From the NCBI GenBank assembly GCA_964019335.1, contig OZ025713.1:248001-312000 (forward strand): 64,000 bases of DNA, written 5' to 3'. Position 1 is the stretch's first letter. Each line of letters starts with the position of its first letter. This stretch comes from Diplonema japonicum. Lineage: Eukaryota; Protista; Euglenozoa: Diplonemea. Both the position numbers and the translations under genes were made by a program. Below, in pieces: positions 61,385-64,000 of the stretch. The notes under the pieces are model-generated. The model did no database searches and had not been told where the DNA came from. It was given only the letters and a program-made list of their open reading frames with translations.

Positions 61385-61975
61385 ACTCGATAAAATTTCA
61401 GTGTGCATGGGGGTGCTCACTGTTCAGGTAGAAATTCACACTAACCGGTCACCGTTCTGCGGTTGCTGTCTGGTGCCTGCGGTGGCTGTTTGTCGCGAGG
61501 GCGAGAAACATTGCTTGGAGTCGTGCTAGGTAGGGGGCGGTTTGGCTCGAGGAGAAGAGTGGTCTCCTGTTGTAGCCGTGTGCCGTCGGGCCCCCAAGAT
61601 GTCGAAGGGTATGCACCCTTGATTTGGCGTTGGCGGGGAAGGCTGACCTTCCACAGCGTGCTGAGCATTTCTGGATGCGACCCAAGATGTATCGCATCCT
61701 TGCGGCCTTCTCCGTGAGCAGGTCTTGATCGTCGAGGGGACCTATGAGTGCCCGGCGGGTGGTCTGCTCATCTATGGCGAGTTCCATTGTCGTGACGGAA
61801 GTTTTTTTCTTACCATCGTACCACCGTAGGCCTCTTAGCCACTTGAGGACTTTCTTCAAATGAAAGGTCAGGACCGCGCCTGACGCCCCGTTCGCCTTCA
61901 GCAACGCTTCCGTCGGAACATCATGTTGCCTCCCTGTCGTTACCTCATCCCAAGGGTTGGAGGTGAGCACTCTCT
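61385..61975 (-). mobile_element. 5'-truncated LINE 3' end
   Basis: 173-aa ORF homologous to 29430-30014 (PW..., LKWLRGLRWYDG.KKT.VTTMELAID). Confidence 0.85.
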
Positions 61976-62063
61976 TGCTTTGCCGACAAATTATGAGTCA
62001 TTATTTTAAAAACACCGAGTGTTAAAAATAATGGCTCATTTTGGCGGCAAGTAAGTCCGTGAT

Positions 62064-62116
62064 GCTACCACTGGATGGATTATGGCTGAACGCCTCTAAG
62101 CCAGAACCCAGTCTAG
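62064..62116 (+). rRNA. Fragment of the 3' region of cytosolic LSU (28S-type) rRNA, probably an orphan rDNA piece
   Basis: GCTACCA...GGATTATGGCTGAACGCCTCTAAGCCAGAA matches the conserved eukaryotic LSU 3' motif. Confidence 0.75.
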
Positions 62117-63180
62117 AGAGATACGTGACTAGTCAGGATACAACGGATTTATCGGGCCACAACTAGCTTCGGCGAACGGCTATTTCCAAATTCACATCCA
62201 GATCCAGTATCCCCAACCGGGTCTATACGAGTCCGAATGGACCGGCGGGCGTAACGCTTCGAGGAGCCTTGTTGTTCCGAGGGTTTGAGCCTTATGGCCG
62301 GTTCCTACGGTTACCGATCCCCACCTGTCATGGGTGGGGATCGGTACCATTCGGATGTGAAATTTGGTATCGATGTTTGTGTCACCCACCCATTATCTTC
62401 ACACCTCCCCTATGTTCCCCTTATTCCTTTACAAATCTTTGTAGAGGGGATGGGAGCGGAGGGGCGTTTTAATTTTCACCAAAATAAAAATTGACCTTTT
62501 AACGTCAAGGTGAAAAGTCGAACAACGTTCCGAGTGTACCAGAAGTACAAGGGGTGGGGTGGGGAGGGGGTGTAAAGCTCGGCACAAGTTTGCATATTGT
62601 TAAAAATTATTTTTTTTTTTGAAAGATAAATAATTTGTAACAAAAAAAAAAAAGAAATTGTCAAAGGAGGACTTCGTGAGTCGCTCCCTTGTTCTCAAGA
62701 AAGAAAATTCGAATGGGGGAGGAGGGGGGTAGTGCCAGTTGCTGCCCCGGGGGGGGGGAGGAAAGAAAAGAAAATTCAATGAGGTTTCAGTGTACAAGGG
62801 GAGTGCTCACTTGGAAACAGTTGGTAAAAAGTTAGAGGAAATGGATTGTAATCAAATCAGAAAAAAAAGGGGAAAAAAAAAACAAAAGCTTTTTTACTCT
62901 TTTTCTTTTTTTTACTCCCTTTGGGAGGGGAAGGAAAAAAAAAAAAAAAGCTGTGTTTAAAGGCAAATCCCACTTGAGGACCCCCCAAAAAAAAAGAAAC
63001 GTATCAACATGCCAAACAAGCTCCCGCGACCTTTGATTGTCTATCGTAAAAAAACAGAAGGGACAGAGGATGCCAGCAAAAAGGGGGCAGATGATCACAA
63101 CAAAACAAAAAAAAAAAAAGAAATAATGGGAGAAAAGAAGAAAGGCACTAAAAATATATATATATACATATATATGGGTC

Positions 63181-63888
63181 GATTTCAAAACCCCCCCCCC
63201 AAAAAATGAGGCCAATTGACACTTTCGTTGCATCTTTGGGCATGCCGCCCCCTTTAAAAAAAATTCTCCATATTTCCCGGTCCATAATAGGAAAGAACCC
63301 GGGTCAGAAATCGCTCAAGGGTGCTATTTTGACCTATGAAAAATTCAGTCTTAGGTTAAAAATCGGGTTTTAGTGGTTTTGGTAAAGTCAGAGAGTATGC
63401 TTTCAATAGCAAGAAATAGCGGAAACTCACTGCTAGAAGGTGGCTGAAAATGATGTTGGAAGTGGAAACCTTCATTTCCTAGTCTTCTGCGGCTGAGATG
63501 TGCTGCTGCTGAGTGGGCGACCTCGTTTCTTTTTCATACTATTAGGCCTTCTACCGCATTTTGGGGGGGTTTTAAGAGGCTCATTCGTAGGTGTACTTGG
63601 TGCTTTCGGTCCGCCCCTAGCTTCTCAACAGCAAGTTTAAAAGCATCCATTTTTGTCACCCCCTCTTTTACTGAATTTGTGCAAAGTGAAAAAACCCATT
63701 TTTGCCCCTAGGACAGAATTTTCTGGGTTACTAATAAGCACTCACTTTCCCATTTTTTGGGGTGTTTTCTTTCCTAACCTGGGCCGGGAAAGTTGTAGAA
63801 TTTTTTTTTCTTTGGGAAAAAGTACTTAGAGAAATATTGAAAGTGTCAATTGGCCTCATTTTTTTTTGGGGGGGGGTTTTTGAAACGA
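63181..63888. mobile_element. MITE-like element with about 45-bp TIRs
   Basis: tttcaaaacccc..aaaaaatgaggccaattgacactttc versus gaaagtgtcaattggcctcatttt..ggggtttttgaaa. Confidence 0.75.
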
Positions 63889-64000
63889 TATGCCATATAT
63901 AAAATGTTTGGCGCCCTGCACAAGCACGGTCTACTCAATTACAGGGGGCCGCCTCAGGTAACCAAGATTCCACGCTCGTGCAGTTTTTTTGCCGCCCATT

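Overview
Eukaryotic protist DNA, most likely euglenozoan (diplonemid/bodonid-like, inferred). All credible host genes are intron-less and lie on the minus strand, as in a polycistronic unit, and are separated by long poly(A/T) and poly(G/C) tracts. The left part (1-26 kb) holds single-copy genes: an acylated unknown protein, casein kinase 1, a sirtuin, a 3996-aa DUF3638/DUF3645-type SF2-ATPase-like giant protein, a Cys-rich surface protein, a ubiquitin-like/ankyrin protein and a ubiquitin-like/LRR protein. The right part (20-64 kb) is an accessory region. It has seven copies of a multi-TM receptor with a class III nucleotide-cyclase domain that lacks catalytic residues, and two very divergent actin-like genes carrying an F-box-like motif. 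It also has one long decayed APE-RT LINE, about ten co-oriented LINE 3' fragments (several ending in a stem-loop plus T-tract), and a VIPER/Ngaro-like tyrosine-recombinase retrotransposon with split direct repeats. That retrotransposon is nested in a TTAA-type TIR element carrying a hAT dimerization domain. Smaller features include several MITEs, a 184-bp-arm perfect palindrome, a 5S rRNA gene and an LSU rRNA fragment. A repeated structured RNA with a hammerhead-like core occurs in both parts. All calls come from reading motifs by eye; no database searches were run.
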